Below are positions 12,101-24,947 of a stretch of DNA of 64,000 nucleotides, in pieces. The stretch's first letter is position 1. Each line of letters starts with the position of its first letter. The notes under the pieces were generated by a model. It made no database searches. It was not told where the DNA came from and saw only the letters and a list, made by a program, of their open reading frames with translations. Origin of the DNA: Raillietiella orientalis (taxonomy: Eukaryota); NCBI GenBank assembly GCA_036172245.1, contig JAYWIR010000045.1, positions 992,001 to 1,056,000 of the forward strand. The letters are read 5' to 3'. Made by a program: the position numbers and the translations under genes.

Positions 12101-15100
12101 CGTTGCTCACTAAAGAATGGCGTCTGGCAACAGAAACTACTGAAGATGTTGATACCCTTAAAAATGTTAACCATCCTCAACAACAGTCGTGTCAATTGCT
12201 TGAGTATACTCCGGACACTCTTCCTTGGCGAAATCTTTGACAACGGGAGGTTTCCACCTGAAGAACATCGGGAGGCTATCCATCACAGCATGCAACCCTT
12301 TCTATAACGGTAGGAAGAGGAAAAGTTTGATTCTTCTGCAGCGTAGGAGGTGAACTGCCTTGCTTCCAGACTACTTCCAAAGACCCTGCCGATATCTCTC
12401 AAAGACACATAGATTTTCGGGATTTCTCGTGAAAACTCCGAGATCTCAGGTTTCATGACCGACATCTTCTATACCAGCACGCTGCTATCTTGCTGCTCAC
12501 CAGGGTTCCCCTAGAAACGAAGAACGTAGCCACGTCCACTCTGGGAATATTCACGTGCGAGCAAAGGTGATCATCACTTCGAAGGAACCACTTGCAGTCG
12601 GTGAGATGGGAACCCACCAGCCTGCGCTCTGATGCAAAGTAAGATTGAATTGTCCAAACTGAGGTGTAGAGATCCCCAAACTGGGGATCAGAGCAGTCCG
12701 AATGCAGTGGCAACCCTCATTTATCCCCTCTTTATGTCCTGCCCAACACAGGTCCTTGGGAATTATGCGCGTTGCCATGACGTAGGTCCATCTCACCACT
12801 GTTTATTCATTTACTTAATGATGCCCTTTGTCCATTTCCTTCCTTGTTGTGCCCCGAGTGAGTTTTGGATCTCCCAGTTTTGTTCCAAGTCGATCTCTTT
12901 CTTAATGCCAAAATTTCCATTCAATTGAATCTCATCCCTCGTCTCTGGGATTAGAAGGTTGGGGTCCATCCTGCTTATAAATAGTATGAGGCCCTCTTCT
13001 GTTCCACCTGAGTGAACCATTTCGCAGTGGGTGCGCAAGAGGGCGATGGCTCTTAACCGGTGTCACAGGCCTCACAGACCTACGCTGCTTTTCCGATGGA
13101 TATGTCTCAACCGTCTTCTAAAAGGGACAGCGTTTCGTGAGATATTTGGGAACACTTCGGAGTCCACTTCTCCCTATCTCTCCCACTAACTCTAACACTG
13201 AAAACCATCACTCGATCTGGCGGCGAACTATTCGCGTTTTGTGCGAAGATTCGAGGAACTCTGTCTTCACAACTCTTCATCTGCCCCAAGGACAACAGCC
13301 ACCCATGGAGCTGCGAACCTAGGAAGCAAGAGCTGGTACATGGAAGATTTTAACAGACGTGTGCTTTTCCTTTCTTTTTTTTCTTCCGTTCCCTCGCCCT
13401 CTACAATGGAAATAGATTCCGAGGGTCACCTGCTTCGTGTGCTTGACGTGACGCAGTGACTTCGCGTCGTCAAAACTTACTTACGACGACAACCTCGCCT
13501 GTTCCGGAGAAGAGTAAATCTAATTTGTTCTGCACGACGTTCGCATCCCATTGGGTTAAACGCTCTTCGAGGTAATTATTGCTGTTAGCGTGATTAACCG
13601 GCAACATCTCTTGCCTCTACAGTTGGGTAGCTGCATGCCATCTTCTTCACCAAAGAAAGGTCCCCGGAAAATTCGCTTTCGGAAGCATCCCCGAAAATTC
13701 TTTCCGGTTTTCAGAATGACTCGTTGGCCTAAGATTTTTCCGAGAGCTCCCGTCAACGTTAGAAACCACTCCTGGGGACAGGGAGGCGCAAGGGTACTTG
13801 CACGAGGTTTCGCAATGACATTCCAGAAGAATCGACCACTTTTTTTTCCTTTCTGTCTCTCTTTTTCCACCATTAAGATCTCCGGAAAATTATCAATGCA
13901 GCTCACCCCAAAGGTGTAACCCGTAGGAGCAAGCTGAGGTCGAGGTTTTTTCTGGAAGAGCAGAGCCAGTACAGCTGAAGAGCAGGGAAGCAGGGAGGAA
14001 GATCAACAAAAGCTATTCATTGTGAATGGTGACTGACTCTTGGCATCACTGTTTTGGTCATCGTTCTTCTTTTCGAGGAAAACAGGACGGAGTGGCTATT
14101 TTGAAGTAAAAAGTGCCAGTGCAAGACATCTCATTGGACCACCACTGGCGGTTGTTAGGGAATTTGTTTCTCCTTTCCCCTTATGGAAGTAGACTCTTCA
14201 CACTCCTACTTTCCTCCAAAAAGCATGTTTGCTTGTGCGTGATGGATCGCGAGCTCTTTCTTGGTCTGTGGTTGGTTCTGGAAAGCAAAGGATCTGTGTC
14301 TTCGATGGCCCAGTTTCAAGAATCGAATCCTTCATTCCACCCCGTTGCACCGATACAGTCGATGTTGAAGTCTTCCTTGCGCTGAGCGGTCCACAAAGTA
14401 CACATGGCTGTTTGCGCACGCGGATTTCTTTGCGGCATGCCGGCCCTGGAACCAGGATGGAGCGAGCCTTCAACAAGCAATTCTGAGGACGACGAAAGCT
14501 GCAACGGCGAGGTTCCGTACCGGCAAACCTTTCCCCTCTACACCTCGACTTTTCTTCCCGTTCTGAAGTTCAAAACCTTATTCGAGACCTGCTGAGATGG
14601 AGGATGCACAGTTCCTGATGTTCTGTTTGAGAGCACATGCTAACGGTCATCGAATGAGCTCAATGTTCCCGGGAAAGATGATCCCTTGCAATCCTATCAT
14701 TCCTGAGGACTCGTCTTAGCTGTGTCGAAGTCCTACGAGGGAACATCCCGGACTCCATGCATACAGGTAATTCAAGCAGATTTATGCTGATACCTGATGT
14801 GCTGTCTTGATGAGCCTCTTGGTTTCTGAACCATCCGAAACCACAAGAGCAGATGTCGTATTCTTCGGGCAACACAGGTTTTGTAGACATCCGCCTCTAG
14901 TCGGAATTCTTCGTTTTCTGATCACAAGTACCTTCCTAGCCTTTTTTTTCGTCCTTCCTAGCTTGTCTAGGACTTACATTAAATATGATTTTTAAATAGG
15001 GAAACGTAAACGTATTCACGCCATTGCAGTGTTTGCTGGGTTCGTTGCAAGGCTTTCAGACCCCTTCCTCCCTCCCCCCCGCTTTTTTTTGGGCTCTCCC

Positions 15101-15995
15101 GGAACTTTGCCCGTATCTTTTCGATTCTTTCAGTGGATTTCGGAAATTGTCAACTGTCATCCTCCGTCAGATTGGCAGCGCCATCTACTGCTCTCCGAGC
15201 ACGAAACAATCTTCTCAACTTTTGTACTGTCAGTCAGGTCCATCACATCCAGGGTTGAACGAGACTGTTTTGAAAACTATCGTTAGACCGGTTTAAAAGC
15301 GAAGGAGCTTCACGAGAGCTTTGCAAAAAGCTCAGTGGTCAAGTCGTGCGGGCCCATGCAACGTCGTGGAAGCAAACGCAGCTGCTACTACGGGAAGCCA
15401 CAGAGGAATACAATGAGTTACAATGAATTACGCTTGCGTATTAGCCTCAAGCGATCGAGCTCATCAGAGGTGAACCGAACTCAGGAACTTCATAACACGC
15501 GAGCAGGCACGGTTACATCGACGAGAGTGCATGGAGCATCCATCTCCCCTAATTACAAATGCGCACTGACCAACGAACACTCGTGTAGTCGCACCTTGCA
15601 GAGCCATTCTCTGTTCTCAGGCTTTTTCTCATATCCTCACACCCTCCGGAAAGAGCCTGAATAAATTGCTGTGTTCCTTGTCTTGCCTCTAAAGCCGCGC
15701 CATAAATTGCTAGATCCCTGCGTTCGCTGCCAAGCACTCATCGGCGAAGATGCTTGAAGCAAAAACTTGTGAGGCGAACGTTCATCCAAGTCCTTTCGCT
15801 GCGAGACTCAGCCTTGTATGGGTTCAGCCCGTGTTACCTGCATCTCAGCCATCCTTCGTGTTTCATAGTGAACGCGAGACAGTCCAGGAAGAGTCAATGA
15901 TAACCTGGCAGCCAGTTGCCAACCTGTGATTTCAATACGAAGAACGGACCATTCGATATAAAGTATCTCATTTTCATAGGCATCAAATTGCAAGA

Positions 15996-16041
15996 GCGCT
16001 GATGAGATGCACGTGTATTTGCACGTGCATCTCATCAGCGC
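15996..16041. repeat. Perfect 20-bp inverted repeat with a 6-nt loop
   Basis: gcgctgatgagatgcacgtg-tatttg-cacgtgcatctcatcagcgc. Confidence 0.95.
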
Positions 16042-19000
16042 AAATTTAGTGCACGTGTATTTGCTTTTGTGTGTACGTATCTTTTGCAGTCATCCATAGG
16101 ACGAGAAACCTCCTCTTAACCGCCCCTTTTTATGCAAAACTATGAAAGATCACAAATCGTTGCTGCAGACTGTGGATATGCACAACCTAAGCGTGTACAG
16201 ACTGTGTTTAGTGAAATGACTCGAGAAGGACCCGTTGGATAAGATATTCTCTGCTGCAAGGGAAGGAGACGATCATTTCAGATAATTTGCAGCATCTGTT
16301 CAGAATATCGTCATTCATTCCTCATACCTGCATCCGGAGTTTTAGCTCGAACAGTTACGGCCCCCTCAGAGGCTTTCGTTATTTCTGGTTCACACGTATT
16401 TGGTGTTGCCCGGATAAGTGTAGTACGCAGTGTGGGTGCACTTCTTTATATACTCTCATTTCTTTACCTTCTTTAGAAACTCATTGCACAGCATCGCGAT
16501 CCCCTGTCTTCAGCAAGCGCTTCAAAATGTCACTTTGCTTCCTTTGTGCGTGGAATCGATCTACTTGGATCAGCCTTTTCGGGTCAGCAATTCCCAAAAG
16601 TTCCCTTGCATTCCTTTGCCTCTTTGGAAGTCGTCCTGAGCCCAATGCTAACTTTAATTGGAGCAGTTTGCGGCTGTCTTTCTCTGAGAGTAAAAATCTG
16701 CAGTAGCTGCAGTGAGGCTTTCGGCAGATAAGAGATGCTCTTAGTCGAACCTGATGGAGGATTAGAGCCTATCGGGTGGCAGGTGTTTCATCTCTACCAC
16801 GGAAAATCGAAATTCTAAATTACAGTAGCAAATATCCTTTTACAGCACACTTTGTTAGAGTGGAAACCCTCTGTATTCTGTGCTCAGGAATTTGCTTCTG
16901 CCTTCCTTTTGTTTTGCGAGTTTTTCTTGCCTGTCCGCATACTCCCCTATCATTTAAAAACGCACTTGTTCTAAGAAGTCCCTCATGCCGTTTTATAGGT
17001 CGTAGCTAAGAGTAAAAATGAGTTATGATGCGCACGAAGAAGAGAAGGAATTGCCTTTCGCGTATGGCGCGCGCCCTCACCACAGCTGATCGTTCCTTTC
17101 TCTTCGTGCCAGATGCCCCGTAGTGGTCCTGTCCTTGTTACGAACCAGGAAAATGTATCGACATTTAGTTCCCAAAAACCTGAACGGAAAGGTTCTTTTA
17201 GTCGAGTAGGTTTTCGTTTTCCCATGCAGAAATTCCATCTTAGAGTGAGTGCTTCTTGTCTCGTTTTCATGGCTTCTCATCTCTTGGCGTACACCTGCCG
17301 GTCCTGTCGATAAATCGTGCCTCTGATTGCCGAGGGGAAGCTGGTCAGCAACGCGAAGAACGCGCTGCCTCTCCTGTGCCACGTTTTGCTCTTTCCCTAA
17401 TTCACGAAAACGCCACCCTCACCGATTCTTCTCTGCATTTTATAGCAGCAGAGTGTACCTTCAATTTCGCCGGATTTCGGAAACACTCAGCGATAACCCA
17501 ACCTAACATAATGTGGGCACTGTCAATGGTCCATGCTTCTCTGCTACGCTGAAAATGCATTCCATGAGCTCAGTGATGCAGTGACAGTTAATCTTTAATG
17601 AAACAATTAGTTTTACTGGTCCGGTTATGTAAAAGCCTGGAAAATCAGGTGAATACTCTTTTTCAGAGGTTGTGGATGAATTGGTCCAAGGTGAGGGGAT
17701 CAGATTTTACATTTCAGAATTTCCAACATTCCCTTGCTTCCCAGAATTAATGGAAACATATGGAAGAATTGAAAAAAAAAATGTCGGTCATCCTTCTCTT
17801 GAAAAAGACATAAGGAATCCCGCAACGCCACATACGCCTTTCATTCATTCGATAGCACCAGTGGTAGTAGCACCATCGCTTTACGCCTCTCCTCATAATT
17901 TATTCTCTGCATCTCCCTGTGTGTCGAATTTCTCGCTTATTCTTGGGTTTCAAAGAACTTCATCCCTTAAATCTTGGAGATCTGCAATATTCTTGGAAGT
18001 CTGAGCCTTGCTCGCGATGGAAATCAAATTCGGGCTCGAAAGCGCTAGCACGGAAAGCGCCTGATGGATGGTTGATGGTTCCCTTATCTTTTTATGGGGG
18101 AAGAAAAGTGTGGGAGAGTGATCAAAGCATCATCTTACAAGAGTTTTCCTTCGAATTACATTTGAGCTGCCTCCAAAACTCCCAGTCGGGAAGCTCGAAC
18201 TTTCATTCACATCTGTGCCGATCGTTTGTGATCCGCGTCTCTGGCATTCGGATCGTTTTTCTCGTAAGCGCATTCAGTAGAAGCCCATTATCCTTCACTC
18301 GATAGCATTTCCGGCTCCTTACAAACATTCTTCTTTTTCTTCTTCCATCTCTTTCTTACATTGTCGCTCTGTAAGAAACTTATTTTAGACGATGCTTCTG
18401 TTTTAGAATTGATGGATTGCATGCCATGGTAGAAATATAGTACCAGTCTCGATTTCTAACTTAAGGCTAATTTCATCTTAGCTGATTCTTTCGGTAAGCA
18501 GTGGCATCGGTCGGGATGTCACAAAGTCTCCAGAGAGTCATTCGCCTTTCCAAACTCAGAGATTCCACTCAGTCCAGGGGCATGGAGTCAAAATGAAATG
18601 AGTATTCATTGTAATTATGGAGCACCACAGTTATCACCTGCACATCACCCCAGTGTCTCTTCCTAAGCACTCATCATTGTCTTTCAAGGAAGAACTTTTT
18701 TTCTAGTACATTGTCCACCTTTCATAGATTCCAAAACCTTTTGTCGATTCTTTTGCAAGAAACAGCCTTCTCTCTTGCATATGACTAATGCAGAGTAAGG
18801 CGAATTCCTGGATTAGATCCTCCCAGTTTCTCTAAGTCTCGTCCTCACCTCTAAATGCTGGCGTGGTGCATAGTTTCGTTTCTCCTTTAGTTCTTCTCCC
18901 ACTTCTTTTTTTGATGGCGTAGTTTACCACTCCATCCTACTCGAAACCTTCCAGCTTTTGCATGACTGTGCTTTCCCTCCGCACATGTCGCCATGAGACG

Positions 19001-22000
19001 CGCATCAGCATTTTTTGGCAACATTTTTTTTCAGATCAGAGCTTGATCTCCGTCTTTCAACAAATTAGCGGTTTCCGTAAGCCAAAGCAAAATCTCACGC
19101 AGTTTCTGACTCTTCAAAGGCCAAGGCGTGAGTCCAGCTAAGGCAGCATCGTAACCGATGAAAATGATGAAGCTGACTGGCTCTTCTACTAATCCGAAGA
19201 ATTAATGAGCATGAGAAACAGTCGAGGGTGATTGCTGTCCCATAGCCCACATAAGAACGGAAAGCATTAAAAAAAAAAAAAGAACATACAAATTCCGACT
19301 GAGAGTAGTATTGATTTTTTTGGCTTGCACTCATTCTGAAAGAAAAGAAAAAAAAAATACACGGAATGCCGCCTGCTTTACCGGGAATATACGACCATTA
19401 CAGCTGTTCTTCCTTGAAATGAAGGCTCTTTTCTCCTGGTCGTCTTCATTCATTCTTCCCGGTAAATGGTAATACCTTTTTCGGAAGAAAGAGAAAGACA
19501 TTTCGAAGCTCGAAAAATCAGCACAATTCAGTTTCCGTGGTGCAGAAGCTTCAAGCAGAAAACGAGCTTTGTGATGGGAAGGAAAAAAAGTCAGAACAAG
19601 TCAGTGCACTGTCTACGGAATGCTGGAGCAAGCACCTCATTTACTTGGTTGCAACCACGGAAGAAATTCATTTGTTCTCACAGACCTACAGGACTTCGTA
19701 CTTGTTCTTAGGGACACTGAATACACATAGCAAAAAAAAAAAAAAAACACGGAAACTGGAAATTTCTATTTTCAGTACGTTCATTGCATAGATACCAACA
19801 TAAGCAAAAGAACATAGACTTTCCATTTCTGGGCCCAAGATGCTGTCACCTTGGCGTCAGTGAATTCGATTTCCAACATTAACGAGGAGAGGAGGGGTAT
19901 CTTGGAAACATGCCATTTATCGATACAACCGAAAACATCATAATTAATTCATCTTCAATAAACGAATTCGCCTCCAATTCACCCTTCCTCCTGAAAACAC
20001 ATCCTCAACTTCAAACGTCTCAGAAGCCTCTTAGAGTAAATCTCACAAGCAGCGGTTAGAAATGTTGATTTTTCTGGAAAGGGTATGAAGAACTTCTATA
20101 GGATGGCTGGGGTACTAATCCATTGCAATCCTTTTAAGTTTAATTCTTCTAAAATGCTACATTCAAGAAATCACAGTTCCAGTTACGGAAAGGAGCACGC
20201 CCTCCGCCGCGCTGCCTTTAAGACTCATCTCTACACTTCATAAAAGATTTCATGCTATGGGCTGCTACATGGAAACCATGAGGGAAAAAGGAGTTGATTT
20301 TCAAACAGTTGTCGTATACCCTTATAGGCAAAATAAGACTGCCAGTCCAATTGCCACGGAAATGCCCCAGAACGCTGGCAATCTTTGAAAACAGGTTTTC
20401 TACGTCCGCATTTGAAACACCGCAAACAGTTCCCTATGTGAACTTATTGGCAGTGCCCAAGTAGTAGCTCATCAAAACTTGTCTGTGTTATCTGACAACA
20501 CAAAGGGAAAAACCATATGATTTTTCTGGCAATACTGGTGAGCCCTAAGTGCAAAATCCAAGATTATTTTCTTTACTGATTGTTTTCCAGATTTGGATTC
20601 ATTTCTCATGCAAAGCTCTTAATTTTGATTTGTCTTTAGCAACATGATATTGTGTTTTCTAAGCCTTTCAGAGCAATAAAAGTACACCGAAGAAGCGTTT
20701 TTCCCAGCATAAGATGTGCACTTTTTGACACGAGTTACGTACAAAACAATCTTATTAACATATGTCCAATCTATAGATATCAGAGAAAGAAAAGAAACAA
20801 CACCGAACGAACTAAATAATCTTTGAAAATGTTGACGAATGTGATTTTCAGAATATTAGGAGAGCACTGCTTAAAGGAAAGGTTTCGTTGGGCCCGTTTA
20901 TCCAATGGTGGTTCAAACTAGCAGATTACTATGTATTATCTGTTCAACTTTTACAGAAGTCATCATATGTACTGCGAAGACTATGTATTGACTATGTTTC
21001 GAGATTTCAAGTATTTTCGCAGAAACTAACCGAAAACACCTCAACCCAATGAAATACTGCTGTTCTCTGTACGTATTAAAGATTGATAGATTTCAAGGGA
21101 TTACAAATCAATCTTGATTTGTTCTGTTAATAATTACATCCAAAATTCACAACAATTTCCGTAGAAAGAAAAACAGAAGATAAACCTACCTTCCCCAAGA
21201 GGAAACATGTAAAGAATAGAAAGATAGTGAACTTCCGATAAATGCTGCTATTTCATTGAAATACCAATGCCTAAATTGATTATTTATTCACTAATTGTTC
21301 AATTTTTTAAAAATGTACTTATTGCTTCATGTTTCTATAAACATTACTGAAAACGCAAACTTGAAAACGGATACGACTTAATAAACACGAAGCTAACAAT
21401 AGCTTTCAAAACTAAAAAATAGTTGTACAGTTATTCTGATAAATTTCTGCATTATGATAAAGAGGAAAACCAAAAGATAGGGAAAATGTATGATACTTTA
21501 TGTTTGCTACTACAGTTTTGGAAAATGCATGTTTGGGTCATGCATCTATAATGATGAAGCGAATGAATCGAAAAGAGCTATTTGTTCATTGTAAGGTATG
21601 ATCTGAATTAGTTTGGTTATTTTCGAACATTGAGACTTTGGTATGAATGTAAAATTAAATTTTGCAGACAACCTCCAAACTAAGTAACTTAACTTCAATT
21701 CAAAACACTCTTTCATTGGTTCGATCTTGAGTGCTTCATACGAATCCTTATTTATTCATCAATGAATACTTCTCTGTCGATGCTTTAATTATCTAGATTC
21801 TCTCTGTTCAGTTTCCATTATGGTATTTAGCATTGAGATGGACTACAGGGTTCTTTTGTTTAATAAAACACTTCCAACATGTGAAGCAACAGTTCACCAA
21901 ATTAGCTCTCCTTTCAAAGATGGAAGTTTATGTAAAGATTTTTTCACTTTCATAATTCTGTCTTGAACTTCTCGAGATTACATCATCCTGATCAATGGCT

Positions 22001-22550
22001 GACCATCAAGTCGATATCAGCGCATAGAACACTGGACCATTAATGCAGACGTTGTAATGATTTTTACATTATTTTGTGATGATAATTCATGCGTGCAGTT
22101 AATAAAAAAAATGACTTTTATGGATCAGGTTCTTTTTTTATTCTTGAACAACACAGCTTTTGCAAAGCAAGGGAAGAAAATCCGAATGGAAGATAAGTTT
22201 GTATTCACTGTTTCTCTGCTTACATACTCTATTGCTACGTAATTTTCGTGTTGTTCGAACTGGGAATAGGTAAAAATGAATGAATAATGTGCAATTCTGA
22301 CAAAACATACTTTCAATAATCGTAAGTACTGAATTTGATTGTTAATTATTATGCTTTTTTTTTAAAATAGCTGGTAACTCTACATCCAAGCGCTGAATCC
22401 GAAACAAAGTGAAATGTTCAAATGCTAACGCTAAGTCTATGGTGTTAAAGTGGATGATAGCAGATGCAAATTGTCTCCAAGATTCCCTTAAAACATGAAT
22501 TCTTAGGAAATAATATTTGTGACGGTTTCCTATGTTAACCTCCAAATAAA

Positions 22551-24947
22551 ATGGGTGCATTTGAATTGAAAGAACGTATCCAAAGCTGGACAAATTCAAT
22601 TTCCAGTCATGATTTGCGGATGATATTGACCAACGTAGATGTGTGTAAAAATGAAGTGCAGATTTTATTAAACTGGTTGTGCTCAAATGTAACTAATAAA
22701 AATATAATATCGAATGAAGAATGTGTTCAGTAAGTTCAGTTTTACATGAATGAAACATACAATTAAATCAGGGAAACATGAGTGATTTAAAGTTTCGAGT
22801 GTTATATAAAAATTGCTATCACTATTAATGATCTGAGTGTTTCATTTCATTTTAAAGGTACGAGGAGTTCCTGAAATTAGGCAACTTATTGCTAACAGAT
22901 GAAGAGTTAAAAGTATCTTTCAAAAGTTTGGGACTGGAAGAATCCACACAGTTAGATAACACAGATGTATCTGAAGGGCATAATATAATGGGGACAAACA
23001 ATAAGGATTTGCTCTCAGTTTTGGATGTGCAGAAAAAGTGCTTAAGGTAACAGAGAGTCAATTTCATGTAGATGCAGCAGTTGTATGTAAGAGAATATTG
23101 TACTAGTTGATAAAGTTGGAAAATTGAAGTAGCTTACCTTCAAAAGAAAGCTGAGAGAGATGTTAGAGCATCGCTTTAACAATGTAATGATACTAATTTT
23201 TGCCTCGAAGTTTTGAGACTAGAAAGTACAAGATTTGAAACTGAATTAAGCATATGATAATTAGATTGGTTGTGTTTCAACTTTTTGGTTTCCTTAAACT
23301 GTGGCTTGATTTTTCCGTATGATTTGTTATAAATTGAATCGTTTTTCTGTTGAAGCTGTTTTATGTAAAATTAGCAATGTGATTAAATTATAGAAAAGCC
23401 TAAAATCATGTGGAATTTTTGGTATCTCTTGTAGTGAAGAACAAGACAAGCTTCATTGTAAACTGGTGGACTTGGAGGAACATGTGAAAAATGCTGAATC
23501 TGAACTATGCATAATTGCTAAGCAAAATCAGGATCAAGAAGAAGAACTTCTTAAAAGCTATCAGTTTTTTAAAAGTGTATGTTCTTAATATGTTTATTAA
23601 TTTGTAACATTACTTGATGCGTTTTTATAGACAAGTGATGAGTTGTTTGTAAAGTATAAATCTAATTATTTAATGGGAAACTCATTAATTCCTTCATTGA
23701 CCCATATTGAACGTAGTGTGCAAAGTGCAATTCAAGAATTTCTAACTTATCATTTTAAAAAAGTAAGATGGGGTTGGATGATCATGCAGGTTGAATTATG
23801 TAGTTCAGAAGCCTTCACAAGATGCTCTCAAAGAAAAGGACACCAACCTTGTGTCAATTGGTTTCAAAAAAGAAAGGTATGTAGGAAAGGAATATGGTCA
23901 TCTCAGTCTGCCTCTTGTTATAGCTATGTGAAACAGGTGAAATCGTTGTTTTGGTGGTTGATGAAGGAAACACACTTGGAAGAGCAAATGAACTTGCTAA
24001 AATCAGCACCTTGTGATAGCATAGATTCTCAGTAAGTATATTTTCTGCATCGTCTTGATGTTTTTTGTGAAGAGAAGCAACCATGCAACTGGATGCATTG
24101 CTAGAACGTATAAAGAACTTGGCATCAGAACACTACGACTTGCTGAATGGGCAAGTCTATTTGTGCCATAAAAAATGGCAATATTGTCATCAGCAGCACC
24201 TTTTGACTGTTCTGACTCAGGTTTGCGTTCATTTTGTCAGCATTTTATTACTTAGTTCTTGTAGGCCAAAAAAGAAGTTATTGAGCAGTTAGCTCGTGAA
24301 GAATACGTTAGATTTCTTAGAAGTCATCAACAGCAGACCATCATGCATTTAGAGAAAAGCAGAAGCACCATCAGTGCACAATTTCAGGAATACCTTAATT
24401 TCAGAAAGGATTCTTTTGTAGGTGTATTGTGATATCCAGTAGATCATTCAATTCTTGCAGGTATCATTACAAGCAAAATTCCCCCTTGAAGAACTGCTAA
24501 TTAATTCTAAGGATCACACCCAGTGGGTGTCCCAAAAATTACCACTTGAAACAGGACAGATGCATATCATTCCTGAAGGATTGCTGCAAGAAAAGTATGC
24601 TTTGGCTTTTTTATTCAAAACGTAGTGTTTTCTTAGGATATCTCAGCTGATTAAGAACCTGGGTAAAAAAGATAAGAAAATGGAAACTAGATATATTCAT
24701 GTACTGCATGATTGTGCAAATCTCTTGCGTTCATTGGAAAATGGATTGCAGAAGTTATTAAGTGAAGTAAATTGTTGGAAAAAGGTAAGAAATTTGTTTT
24801 GGAATTTTCATTGCCTTTTCACATTAGGAAAGAGCAATTTCCTGTTCACATGATCAGTATTTGTTTTGGACCACTTTTTACTTGAAGCCAGAAAGCATGT
24901 CTGCCATGATAAAGGATGTTTGCCAGTCAGCAAAATCACTTCTCTGA
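22551..24947 (+). CDS. HAUS3: HAUS augmin-like complex subunit 3 (dgt3)-like protein, 11 exons, about 506 aa
   Basis: Exons joined by GT-AG introns with consistent phase and no stops: 22551-22729, 22858-23046, 23435-23576, 23631-23762, 23809-23876, 23924-24031, 24073-24220, 24265-24417, 24461-24594, 24637-24784, 24828-24947 (TGA). N-terminal LLNWLCSNVTNKNIISNEE resembles HAUS3 FLKWFCGNVNEQNVLSERE; QEFLTYHFKK, LLNGQVYLCHKKWQYCHQQHLLTVLTQ and C-terminal YLFWTTFYLKPESM follow the HAUS3 block order. Exon 5 boundaries and a possible extra exon in 23047-23434 are uncertain. Confidence 0.75.

Noticed and set aside
12530..12610. CKWFLRSDD...VNIPR resembling GT31/Fringe glycosyltransferases
   Set aside because: Single short motif lacking the full DDD and any context.
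19000..22450. Splice-like signals on both strands suggesting another small-intron gene or HAUS3 5' UTR exons
   Set aside because: I could not assemble a stop-free, recognisable reading frame.
23100..23270. Extra HAUS3 exon inside the 388-nt intron
   Set aside because: Every acceptor tried runs into an in-frame stop, while exons 2 and 3 join in phase without it.
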